NCBI RefSeq assembly: GCF_048593235.1
Contig: NC_133620.1
Location: 302,327,765 to 302,391,764 of the forward strand
From: Sminthopsis crassicaudata
Lineage: Eukaryota
DNA length: 64,000 bases
Direction: 5' to 3'
Both the position numbers and the translations under genes were made by a program. The notes under the pieces are model-generated. The model did no database searches and was not told where the DNA came from. It was given only the letters and a program-made list of their open reading frames with translations. The first letter of the stretch is position 1, and every line of letters begins with the position of its first letter. Of the stretch, positions 13,631 through 25,318 are shown one piece after another.

Positions 13631-15490
13631 GGGGAAACCAGGCATTACATGAGCAAGATTATAAAACACTTTCCATACAAAGTCAGATTTAAATAATTGG
13701 AAAACTATTAAATGCTCTTGGATAGGCTGAGCGAATATAATAAAGATGACAGTACTCCCCAAACTAATCTATTTATTTAGTGCTATACCAATCAGACTCC
13801 CAAGAAACTATTTTAATGACCTAGAAAAAAAATAACAAAATTCATATGGAAGAATAAAAGGTCGAGAATTTCAAGGGAATTAATGAAAAAAAAAATCAAA
13901 TTGCCTAGCTGTATCTGATCTAGAACTATAGTATAAAGCAGCAGTCACCAAAACCATTTGTTATTGGCTAAGAAATAGACTAGTTGATCAGTGGAATAGG
14001 TTAAGTTCACAAGACAAAATAGTGAACAACTATAGCAATCTAGTGTTTGACAAACCCAAAGATCCCAACTTTTGGGATAAGAATTCATTATTTGACAAAA
14101 ACTGCTGGGAAAACTGGAAATTAGTATGGCAGAAACTAGGCATGGACCCACATTTAACACCTTACAAAAAGATGAGATCAAAATGGGTTCATGATTTAGG
14201 CATAAAGAAGGAGATCATAAATAAATTAGAGGAACATAGGATGGTTTACCTCTCAGACTTGTGGAGGAGGAAGGAATTTTGTGACCAAAGAAGAACTAGA
14301 GATCATTGTTGATCACAAAATAGAAAATTTTGATTACCTCAAATTAAAAAGCCTTTGTACAAACAAAACTAATACAAACAAAATTAGAAGGGAAGCAATA
14401 AACTGGGAAAACATTTTTACTGTTAAAGGTTCTGATAAAAGTCTCATTTCCAAAATATGTAGAAAATTGACCCTAATTTATAAGAAATCAAGCCATTCTC
14501 CAATTGAAAAATGGTCAAAGGATATGAACAGACAATTTTCAGATGATGAAATTGAAACTATTTCCACTTATATGAATGTTCCAAATCACTATTGATCAGA
14601 GAAATGCAAATTAAGACAACTCTGAGATACCACTACACACCTGTCAGATTGGCTAAGATGACAGGAAAAGATAATGATGAATGTTGGAAGGGATGTGAAA
14701 AAACTGGGACACTGATACATTGTTGGTGGAACTGTTAACTGATCCAACCATTCTGGAGAGCAATCTGGAATTATGCCCCAAAAGTTAACAAACTGTGCTA
14801 CCCTTTGACCCAGCAGTGCTACTACTGGGCTTATATACCAAAGAAATACTAAAGAAAGGAGAGGGATCTGTATGTGCCAAAATCATTGGCCAGAAACTGG
14901 AAAATGAATGGATGTCCATCAATTGGAGAATGGTTGGCTAAATTGTGGTATATGAATATTATGGAATATTATTGTTCTGTAAGAAATGACCAGCAGGATG
15001 AATACAGAGAGGTTTGTAGAGACATCAACTGATGCTGAGTGAAATGAGAAGAACGGGGAGATCATTATATATTTCAACAATGACACTATTTGAGGATGTA
15101 TTCTGATGGAAATGGATATCTTTGACATCTAATTCAGTTCCAATTGATCAAAGATGGACAGAATCAGCCACACCCAGAAAAGGAACACTGGGAAATGAGT
15201 GTAAACTGTTTGCATTTTTGTTTTTTTCCCCTGGTTATCCACTTCTTCCTGTGCAACAAGAGAACTGTTCAGTTCTGCACACATATATTGTATCTAGGAT
15301 ATACTATAACATATTTAACATGTACAAGACTTGCTTGGAGGGGGTGAAGGGAGGGAAGGGAAAAGTCGGAACAGAAGTGAGTGTAAAGGATAATGTAAAA
15401 AATTACCTAGGCATATGTTCTGTTAATAAAAAATAAATATTATAACAGAAAAAAATGTAAATAAATTTAATCTTAAAAAAATAATAATAA
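13631..15490 (+). mobile_element. 5'-truncated L1 (3' half of ORF2, 3' UTR, A-rich tail)
   Basis: Fragmented ORF2 ORFs (14022-14312, 14281-14595); possible decayed TSD AAGATGATAACTGGG / AAGCTGATACCAGGG. Confidence 0.92.
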
Positions 15491-16757
15491 AAAGCTGATA
15501 CCAGGGGATGGTGGGGGAGGAGGAGACACTAGGAAATAGTGGGAAAAGAAAAGGACTCCTGAAGAAAGCAGTGCAAGATGCAGAAGTGAGGAGAGAAAAT
15601 GTTTTAAGGTTGGGTGACAAGTATTGCAATGCAAAGGAAGCAGGTGGTAGAAGATGGAGTGTTTCGTGTGAGGAAGAGTTAAGAGTAGTTTGGTTGGAGT
15701 GTAGAGTGCATGTAGTGGAATAATTTGTGTAAGAAACTTGGTAAGATTGTTGAGATCAGTTTCTGGAAGGCTTTAAAATTTAAAGGGAAATTTGTACTTC
15801 ATCCTGGAGACCCAGGTCCTACAGGTGATAAAGTTGAAAATGTGAGTTTTGGTAACAAGTACTTAGAGTCTAAATTCAGTGCTCTTTGTAACAAGCATTT
15901 ATTAAGCAGCTACTATTTGTAAGGCATTATTATATTAATAGAGACAAGGAAAAGTTATCACTGCCTTCAAATTTAATAGGTTGAATTCAAACACATAATT
16001 GTATTTATTAAAAATTTGAATCACTATTCTGTGAAAGATCATTATATATTGTGATACACTTTCTATTTCAAAAGCAATATATATTCTGGATTCTAGAATT
16101 TCTGGGTTGACTTTTTCCTTTCTGTTTTTAATAAATTATTCTTTCTATTAAAAAAAACAAGCAGTGGAAGGTAGAACACTCAACTAACATATATAATGTT
16201 GTTTTGAGTGAACCCCTACCCCAACTAGGGCATGTTTCCTATGAAAGAAATACTAAATACAGACTTATATATATGCACACTGATAATAAAATAAACATAA
16301 GAATATCAGAATTTATAACTAGTCATACTATCAAGAAGTTGACACTTAAAATCCTTAATATATAAAGTCGTTTTAGGAACTGCTAAATAGGACTGTCCTT
16401 AATTTAACATTTCATCTCAGCTCTATACTGAGATTCTCTAGGTTCATATTTTCTGACTAGTCAGCTCCCCTGTCATCCTCAATAATGCTGAAATTCCCTT
16501 TTTTTGCTGGTTAACTCTGACCAAAGAATCAAGGAGCTTTAATCTCTCAAACTAAAGCTGCTATGTGATTATGGTTTGATATTTCATCTGGAATGGGAGT
16601 ATTAATAAACGGCTCCTCCACAAACCCTCTGGAAAAAAGAGAAAACTACTTGTTAAAAGCACCAAACAGAAGAGATAACTGAATGCTGGCTCTCCTTTTT
16701 AAAGTGATGTAACCATTATTCTTGTTACAATTAAAAGTTTAAAAGACTAGTGGGCTG

Positions 16758-16913
16758 TTTCTTTCTTTCTTTCTTTTTCCCAGAGGCTGGGGTTAAGTGA
16801 CTTGCCCAAGGTCACACAGCTAGGAAGTGTTAAGTGTCTGAGACCAGATTTGAACTGGGGTACTCCTGAATTCAGGGCTGGTGCTCTATCCCCTGTGCTA
16901 TGAAGCTGCCCCC
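16758..16913 (-). mobile_element. WSINE1-like SINE with (AAAG)n tail
   Basis: GGTTAAGTGACTTGCCCAAGGTCACACAGCTAGGAAGTGTTAAGTGTCTGAG...GCTGCCCC on the plus strand. Confidence 0.88.
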
Positions 16914-17237
16914 AGTTTCTTTCTTGAAAAGCATTTGAGTTCATCCGTGTCTAAAATTTAGAACTTTAATTATTTTCTTCAACAGTGGTTGCTCAATGTT
17001 TGAAGGTTGACTGTTGGATAGGTTAATATAAAGCCATGCCCATAGGAAGTACTGGGTTTTTATTTCATCTTCAAAGATAAAGTCATAAGTGAAACTATTT
17101 GGTATGTAATTCTTTTCAACAGCTCACAAATGGATCATCTGATACACCTCTCTATTTGAACAAAATCCTTCTCCTTTTCAAATTTATCAAGTCTGGGAAG
17201 ATCTATTAGAGTATGAGAAGTCTTCTCTCTCTAACTG

Positions 17238-17450
17238 GGATGGCAGCTAGACACTTGAATAGAGAGTTAAACTTAGTGTGAAGGCATGATTTCAAATTTT
17301 ATCTAGACAAATTATTAAATTTCTTAGTCAGCCTCAGTTTCCTAATCTGTAAAATGGTGACAATAACACCTATTTCAGGGTTGTTATGAAGATTAAATAT
17401 AAGATCATATGTAAAGTGCTTTATAAACCTTAAGAAACTCCATATATGTT
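17238..17450 (+). mobile_element. MIR/CORE-SINE relic
   Basis: GCCTCAGTTTCCTAATCTGTAAAATGG core and GTAAAGTGCTTT tail. Confidence 0.6.
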
Positions 17451-18764
17451 AATTATGATTATTGTTATTATTATTATTTTCTTCCACGGATCAACCTGTA
17501 AGGGCCTAGAGTCCAATCAGCATCCTCATGAACTACTAGGAACATAAGCAGAGAGAATTCTTTCTAGTTCACTCTCTAGAATATCAGGCCTACAATAGAA
17601 TAGTATCTGTTATATCCTTGTTCCCTCACTTTACTAAAGTCCAAAGAATTCCCAGTCCATCTTGTTTAACTTGAGTAAGTCATCTTGTCCCAAATCTTAC
17701 AAAAAGTACTAGGAATCCCCAGGAGTACATTAAATCACAGGATATTGAGAGGGAAGTGAAATGGAAAAAACAAAACATAGGAGGGGAAAGGCTCTGAAAT
17801 GTTTTTCCAAGTAACTACTGCTGCCCTAGCATCATCTGTTATACCACAGTCTCCTTGAATTGTTTCCCTGCATTAGTTTCCCTGAATTATATCTCCATTA
17901 CCCTGAGTCAGCATGCAAACCCTCCTCAACCCCCCCACCCCCGACTTTTTTCCTGTGCATTAGGGCTGCACTACCCCTTCTAAACATTCCAAATGATAAG
18001 ACTATCTGAGATACCTAATTGACATCTTTACTTCTGGTTATTCAGACATCGTGACGCTGGCTTCCTAGTAAGAATTTATAGTTTGCCCCCCATCCTGTAG
18101 AACCAAATTTATGGTCCTGAGACTTCACACTCTTTTCTTCCTGCCTTTGTTTATCTTCTTACTAGAGTTCTATAAAGAAAACCTGGGATTCTCACATTCA
18201 CCACTAGATATTTTGAAACAAGAGTCCTGTACAGTCAATCAATTAAACTCTCTAACAAGTAAAATATTAAAAACTCTCTAATCACTATTTTGCCTCAGTT
18301 TCTTCAGTATTATAAATCTTCAACATCTCAGAGATATGGCAAAAATGGTTTATTATATGTTCAGAGTATATCCAAAGGCTTTTAGAAATTCATTCATAAT
18401 TTTATTTTTCTAGGTTAAACACATCCTGATATAAAAATAAAATAAGAATTTATAAAAATATTGACATTTTGGACTTTATATATAATCACAAACCAGAAGG
18501 TATTTTTTAACCACAAAAATTTTATCATATCATTCAAATCAAAAGAAAAGCTAATTTCCAACAAGGAATTACTATAAATTGCATATCAGGTATTTATTAG
18601 TGAGAAATAGTAAAACCCATAAATTTGAATTTAAACAAAGACATGTCTTTGCTGACTCTGAGATATGTGTTTTCAACATATGGGATGGATAAGGGCTAGA
18701 TCAGTTCTCTACATTCCCAAAATTGTTCTGTTCACCCATATCCTGGGAATTGCTTGTCAGGAAG

Positions 18765-18880
18765 TATAATGTTGGAGAAACTGAGGCAAGATAGAGATTA
18801 AAGGTTTTACAATATTTTATTAGAGGGAGAGTTTGGACTAGGGGCAAAACAGGATCCATGTTGACCCCAGCCTGCTGAAT
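18765..18880 (-). mobile_element. Partial ERV1-like LTR terminus
   Basis: TATAATGTTGGAGAAACTGAGGCAAGATAGAGATT, the same terminus as the other copies; right boundary uncertain. Confidence 0.65.
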
Positions 18881-19478
18881 CAGTTTCTTCTCTCAACCTG
18901 CTTTATTTCTAAGACCCTGCCATTCCCAGCTGAGGATTTCAATAGAATTCAATTGAAAAGTCAACTGGACATCTTTTCCCATTTGATTCCTTTGGCCACT
19001 TGGTGTTTCATGGTTCAGCTTCTTGAGGAGTGAGATACCTAACAGCATTTGGGGATCTCCAGGTGGGTGTCTCAGATTTTGTGAAAGAATTCACACTCCC
19101 TCAAGTCATTCTCTAATTGATAAATAGTATATGATATGATATATGATAAATGATATATTATATATAATATATATGATATATGACATATAAATGATATGTG
19201 ATAAATGGTATATAAATGATATGAACATACAATTCTCAGATGAAGAAATTGAAACTATGTTTAGCCATATGAAAAGATGCTCCAAGTCATTATTAATCAG
19301 AAAAATGTAAATTAAGACAACTCTGAGATAGCCACTATACACCTGTCAGATTGGGTAGAATGACAAAGACAATGCAGAATGTTGTGTTGTGCCACAGTTC
19401 TCTTTTAAAGTCCTGACCCAGTTTCCCTAATTGTTCCTATTCAGTTACTCTGCCCTCAGGTTATAACCATTCCCTCTT

Positions 19479-22023
19479 TTTTTTTTTTTTTTTTTTTTTT
19501 TAGAGAGTATTCAATACAGAATTTATTAAATGGAGAGATCCATGGTTGGTCCCAGGGCTGAACAAGACTATAATCTCAAAGAATCCAGCACTGAATATCA
19601 GATACAGGAATTTTTATAGGTTGACAAGAACAATGATTTAATGGGGGAGGTACCTGGATGGGGGTGACCTAATGGGGGGAGGCACCTAGGATTACATGAT
19701 GGATGGAGAGGCTCCTAATATTCTAATGATGTCTAAAATAGATAAAGACCTTTATTCCATCAAACATTAAGAAGGAATAAGTATAGCCTAAGGTCTTTAT
19801 CCTAACATTAAGAGGGAATGATTATAATTGAAGCAGAGTAACTGAATAGGACAATTAGGGAATTAGGGAAAAATTAGGGTCAGGACATTAAAAGAGAACT
19901 GTGGTACAACATTCCACACACTCTCTCTTCTAACTATTCAAATCTTTGAATTACCTTCCTCTAGAAGGTCTTAAAACCATAATTTTGACCAACCCTATGT
20001 GAAATAAATAGACCAAATAAAAACCAAAATAAAGCTAGAAAAATGCATGTATTTATGACAAGGACAAGTCTCTCCCTGATAAGCCCAGAGTTAATCAGCA
20101 ATACACAAAGCTCCTTATTGCAATCATGTCAAGTCCTCTGCAGTTGGGGAGCATATGGACAATTCACTGTGAGTTAGGTCTGTGGTCATTTGTGCAGCCT
20201 CTGCTTATAGAGCAGCAGGGCTCAAGACAGTTGTGCTGCCCCTTCAGAAGGGCAACTCTCTCCAGGGAAGAAGGGTAAGGCTCCACCTTGTCCCTGCCCA
20301 GAGGAACAGACAGGACAACAGAAAGGATCAGATTTCTGAGCAGATTATGCAGTTAGACCAAGGCAGGCAAACCCCAAACTTTTAGAAGGCTGACATCAAA
20401 ACTGTAAAGTCCTTTTAAGTATGCTGAAATACTAATTAAGGACCTGGGGTAACAGGAGTGGAGAAACAGATCAGAGAGACTGCCATTCCCTGGACAGGTA
20501 TCTGATTTCTGGTTGTTTTGTAATGCTGGAGAAACTGAGGCAAGATAGAGATTAGAGAGTTTTTAATGTTTTATTAATTGGAAAGTTTAATTGACTAGAT
20601 AGGACTCTCGTCTCAAAGTATCCAGTAATGAATGGGGGAATTACAAACCTTTTATAGCTTTCAGACAAAGAAAAAAGAATAGCAGGAAAAGTTCTTACAG
20701 GGCCAGTTTGGTTCTGTCAGGATGGGGAAAGCAATAAACTCTTACTGAAAACCAGAGTCAGGAAACAGAAGTAAGAATACAAATTGAAGTATCCAGGATG
20801 ATCTTATCTCTTAGAGGGACAGTTAAAAATTCTTTGAAGGCAGAGGGAGCTAGGAGACAGGATGTATGATTTGCTCCTCATCTCCCACTGATAATTTATA
20901 ACCTTAGAGCAAATGATCCTCAGTCTTAATGAACCAGGGGGGGTTTACAACTTAAGGGGACTGAGGCAGAACAGTTAAGGAAATTGAGTTAGATCAATTC
21001 AGGGAGACTCAGGACAATAAGGGAAACTAGTGCAGGGAAACTGACGCAGAACAGCTCAAGGAGACTGTGGAATAACAGTTTCTAAAAAAATAATCCCAAA
21101 AAACTGAGTCTGCCAGGGTAATTCCAACAGAATAAGGGATTTCAAAGTTAAAGCATAACCAGCAAATCACTCCAGTAAATTTAAGCAAGAAGTAATAGAG
21201 GCAGGGTAGAAGTGCCTAAGAAAACACAAAATTTCCCCAATTTCCTGTGTCTTCCTCCCTTTTTTTCTTATGGAAATGAATTATCAAATAACCATTCCAC
21301 ATATAAATCCCAAGAGCTAATCAAAATTCCTATACATATGCATAACAGACAAAAAATCCCTCAAACATAACAGCAATAGTTACACAAGTTTAACAATTTC
21401 CATCCCAAGTCTTAAACACAGTAATAGTTTTAACAATTCAGCCACTTTCCCACTCCCTCATATCAGTCCAAATTACATCAGGAGCAGAGGGGATGGTTTT
21501 CTCAAAAACTGCTTTCTGCTGAAGATGGGAGGAGATTCTCAGTCCAGGGAGGGGGATGGGTGTAATGTGGTCTGCAGACAATCAAAACTCAATCTAGGTC
21601 CTAGAAGTAAGTCAGTTTGTGTAATGTGACCAATCTAGAAACAAAAATAAATTCTCCTGTAGCCGAAAATGGGGGGTGTCTACCATTGTGCTGTTGTAGC
21701 TGGAAACTGTTCTCTTTCCTGGAGGCTCTGGAAAAAAAAAAAAATCCAGGTGGCCTGGCCTCTGGAGGCCAAGAATTCAGATCCAAAGCCATTCAGGCCC
21801 AGGGCAGAGGCCTTTTAAGTTTTTTATCTCTAATCCTGCTCAGTTTCTAATATCTTACTGGGGAGCTCCAAAATGTAATGCCAAAGAAACTGAGCAAATC
21901 AGAGATTAGAGAGTATTCAATACAAAATGTATTAAATGGAAAGATTTACTGGGACCAATGGATCCATGGTTGTTCCCTGGGCTGAAAGGAGACTATTGTC
22001 TCAAAGAATCCAACACAGAATAA
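19479..22023 (-). mobile_element. Retroposed (processed) ERV transcript: R-U5, PBS, internal region, PPT, U3-R, poly(A)
   Basis: R-U5 22023-21874; PBS-like TGGAGCTCCCCAGTAAGA 21870-21853; PPT-like AGAAGAGAGAGTGTGTGGAA 19931-19912; U3-R 19911-19501; AATAAA at 19522-19527; T run 19477-19501; no 5' U3 and no 3' U5; CTCTT duplicated at both ends. Confidence 0.8.
20519..21077 (-). mobile_element. Solo ERV1-like LTR nested in the retroposed ERV copy
   Basis: TG...CA ends; perfect 4-bp TSD GTTT at 20515-20518 and 21078-21081. Confidence 0.9.
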
Positions 22024-22263
22024 CTCTTAATGTTAGGATAAAGGTCTTATTTCTTAGACTTAGGCTATAGTCATTCCTGCTTAATGTTTGATGGGATAAA
22101 GATCTTTATCCATTTTAGACATCATTAGAATATCAAGAGCCTCTCCATTATCTCTCTCCATTATGCCAGCCTCTATTATGTTATTCTCATCCTGGGTTCC
22201 TGTCCCCATTCGGTCATCCCTATCCAAGTACTTCCCCATTATGTTATTGTTCTTGTTGCCCTA

Positions 22264-22447
22264 TAGGGGTTCTCAAACTACAGCCTCAGGCCAGATGCAG
22301 CTGCTGAGGACATTTATGTGGCCATTCGGTTATGGCAAATGGGCTGAGGGGGCGGAGACAGTGTGACTTTTGTTTTTACCCAACAGCCCTCCCACAGTCT
22401 GAGGTACAGTGAACTGGCCCCCTATTTAAAAAGTTTGAGCACCACTG
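22264..22447. mobile_element. hAT/Charlie-type MITE
   Basis: Imperfect TIRs TAGGGGTTCTCAAACT / AGTTTGAGCACCACTG (13 of 16 match), inserted at the CCTATA/CTTATAAA site of the host LTR. Confidence 0.75.
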
Positions 22448-23103
22448 CTTATAAAAGAATGCTATATCCGATATTCAGGGCTGGATTCTTTGAGAGGATA
22501 GTTTTCTTCCACAGATCCATTTGGTCCCAGTAAATCTCTCCATTTAATAAATTCTGTATTGAATACTCTCTAATCTCTATCTTGCTCAGTTTCTCCGGCA
22601 TTACAGTTGGAGGGGATGTGGGAAAATTGGGACACTGATATAGTGTTGGTGGAATTGTGGACACATCCAGCCATTCTGGAAAGCAATTTGGAACTATACT
22701 CAAAAAGTTATCAAACTGTGCATACCCTTTGATCTAGCAATGTAACTACTGGGCTTATATGCCAAAGAGATCTTAAAGAAAGGAAAGAGACCTGTATGTG
22801 CAAGAATGTTTGTGGCAGCCCTCTTTGTAGTGGCCAGAAATGGAAACTAAGTGGATGCCCTTCAATTGGAGAATGGCTGAATAAATTGAGGTATATGCAT
22901 ATTATAATATTATTGGTCTGTAAGAAATGACAAGCAGGATGATCTCAGAAAAGCTTGGAGTGACTTACATGAACCGATGTTGAGTGAAATGAGCAGGACC
23001 ATATTAATTATTATATAATCATTGACCATAATCATTACATAATTCAATAATAATATTATAAATGATCAATTCTGATGGATGTGGCCCTCTTCAACAATGA
23101 GAT

Positions 23104-23568
23104 TGATGAGGAGTAAACTGAGGGTCTAAACCGAGATGGGTCAGTTCTTTCAGGAGGTCTAATAATCTCTTTCTCCTTCCCAAAATCCCAACAGGTGGGT
23201 CCTTAGCGAATGAATTTCGCTACTCAAGGCTGTGTAGAAACAAAGTCTTTATTGATTAGAATAGAAACACCTGAGAGTCAGTGGGCAAAATGGCTGCAAG
23301 GTACAAGGCCAATTTGCAAAGAGAAGATTTTTGAGTTCTCTCTTTTATGCAGTGATGTAAATAAGATAAGGATTCTCTTATCTTTTGGGGACAGACAGAA
23401 GTCTCTTCCCCTGCTGTGACATTTGGTCTGTTTGAGCAGATTAGAATGGGGGGCTGTAAAACTCCAACCAGCTCAGATAGCCCAAACTGGTTTGACCACA
23501 TCAAAGTCCAAGTCCCAAATGGAGTTGGAGATCAAACAAGGAATATCAAGGGGCTACCACCCTCAACA
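23104..23568 (-). mobile_element. Solo LTR in the L1 3' UTR
   Basis: TG...CA ends; near-TSD AGAT/AAAT; AATAAA on the minus strand near 23247. Confidence 0.75.
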
Positions 23569-23653
23569 AAATGAACCAAATCAGTTCCAATAGAGCAGTA
23601 ATGAATTGAATCAGTTACACCCAGTGAAAGAACTCTGGGAAATGACTATGAAC

Positions 23654-24001
23654 TGTTAGGATTACAAGGTGAGAACTCAGGTTGTCTGGGCAATTCTCTA
23701 GCTCAGAATTCACACCTTTAGTTCTGGTCTTTTAGGGGTAGTTTGCACCTTTGAACTTCTGAAAAGGAGTTTACACAACCTTTGGGAGGAGCAAATTCAT
23801 TGGTTGAAGTAATTTTCTCACAAGCCCCATTGAGTTCTGACTACAATCTCTTAGAGGATAAATGAGGGCAGCATAGGGTCTGGAGAGTAGTTGAGTCTGG
23901 GACAGAGTTGGGACGGCTGTCTCCAAGGAGAGAGTCTGGCTGGGAGATGGAGTTGAGACGGCAGTCTGGAAGGATAACTTACAGACAACCGGACCTTTAC
24001 A
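23654..24001. mobile_element. Solo LTR with 6-bp TSD (class II/ERVK-like)
   Basis: TGTTAGG...TTTACA; perfect TSD ATGAAC at 23648-23653 and 24002-24007. Confidence 0.85.
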
Positions 24002-25044
24002 ATGAACCACTACATAGAATTCCCAAACCCTCTATTTTTGTCCTTCTGCACTTTTGATTTCCTTCATAGGCTAATTGTACATTATTTCAAAGTCGGATTT
24101 TTTTGTACAGCAAAATAACTGTATGAACATGTATACATATATTGTACTTAACTTATACTTTTAACATATTTAACAAGTATTGGTTAACCTGCCATCTGGG
24201 GGACGGGGTGGAAGGAAGGGAAAAGTTGAAACAAAAGGTTTGCAACTGTCAGAGCTGAAAAATTATTCATGCATATATCTTGTAAATAAAAAGCTATTAA
24301 AGAAAAAAAAAAAAGAAGAAGAAGAAGAATTCACAGCCCCAAGTCTCCAAAGTGAGGTTTGGCAAAAATGGGTTTATTTTCACAGAGAAGCTCTTTGTCT
24401 CAGTGGAAGTTAATAAAGATTGGGGGTATAGAATTTTGATTTTATTTAGCTTTCTATGGCCTGGGGCTAGGGAACCATTTGAGGAACTAATTTCCAGATC
24501 AATGAAGGTGGTGATTGTTTCCTGGGTCATACTAATTTCCAGATCAGTTGAAAGTGGGAGTTTCTTGAAACCAAGTGGGAGGGTGGAGAGAAGTTGATTC
24601 AGGTGAGGATCATTTTAGGAATTTTCCTTGAGGCCAGGAGATGTTGAGATTCAGGGTTTTTCTAACCCACAAAGAACAGGGGGACACAGAGTCCTATTAT
24701 ACCAATTATATAGCCTTGAATCTCTTAATAATGCAAATAAGAACAGCAAAGATGTTGAAGTTTAAAATTTTAAAAGAACATGCCTCTAGTCACCAGCCCC
24801 CAAACTCTAATTGTGCTGTATTTTAAGGGAAGGAGAGGAGTTTGATTTAAGAATACCTCTTTTTTATATAAAGATCAATTCTGATGGACATGACTATTTC
24901 CAACAATGAGATGATTGATGTCAGTTTCAATGATCTTGTGATGAAGAGAGCCATCTACACCCAGAGAGAGGACTGTGGGAACTGAGTGTAGATAACAACA
25001 TATCATTCTCAAGCTTTTTGTGGTTGTTTGCTTGCATTTTGTTT

Positions 25045-25318
25045 TGTTATGCCATAGTCTCCTAGAAGTCCTCCTACCTCTGTTACTTTGCCCCAAAATC
25101 CCAGGCTATGATCATTCCCCCTTAATGTTTGATGGGATAAAGGTCTTATATCTTAGATAGTCATTCCCTCTGAATGTTTGATAGGATAAAGGTCTTTATC
25201 CATCATTAGAATATCGGGAGCTTCTCCAGTACCTCCCTCCATCATGTTATCCTAGGTGCCTCCCCCCCATTTGGTCGTCCCCATACAGATACCTCCCCCA
25301 TTAGGTCATTGTTCTTAA
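25045..25318 (+). mobile_element. 5' (U3) part of an ERV1-like LTR inserted after an old L1 3' UTR fragment
   Basis: TGTTATGCCATAG start and AATGTTTGATGGGATAAAGG block shared with the LTR at 19385-22605. Confidence 0.65.

Larger units (their letters stand above)
19385..22605 (+). mobile_element. Solo ERV1-like LTR (plus strand) split into 19385-19478 and 22024-22605 by a later insertion
   Basis: Starts TGTTGTGCC, ends GCATTACA; 4-bp TSD GTTG at 19381-19384 and 22606-22609; the two halves join at CTCTT|AATGTTAGG. Confidence 0.88.
19101..24320 (+). mobile_element. L1 3' portion acting as host for nested insertions; pieces at 19101-19384, 22606-23103, 23569-23653 and 24002-24320
   Basis: L1 sequence reads through when the inserts are removed (GCAGAATGTTG|GAGGGGATGTGGG; CAACAATGAGAT|GAACCAAATC; ACTATGAAC|CACTACATAG); A-rich tail near 24297-24320. 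Confidence 0.9.
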
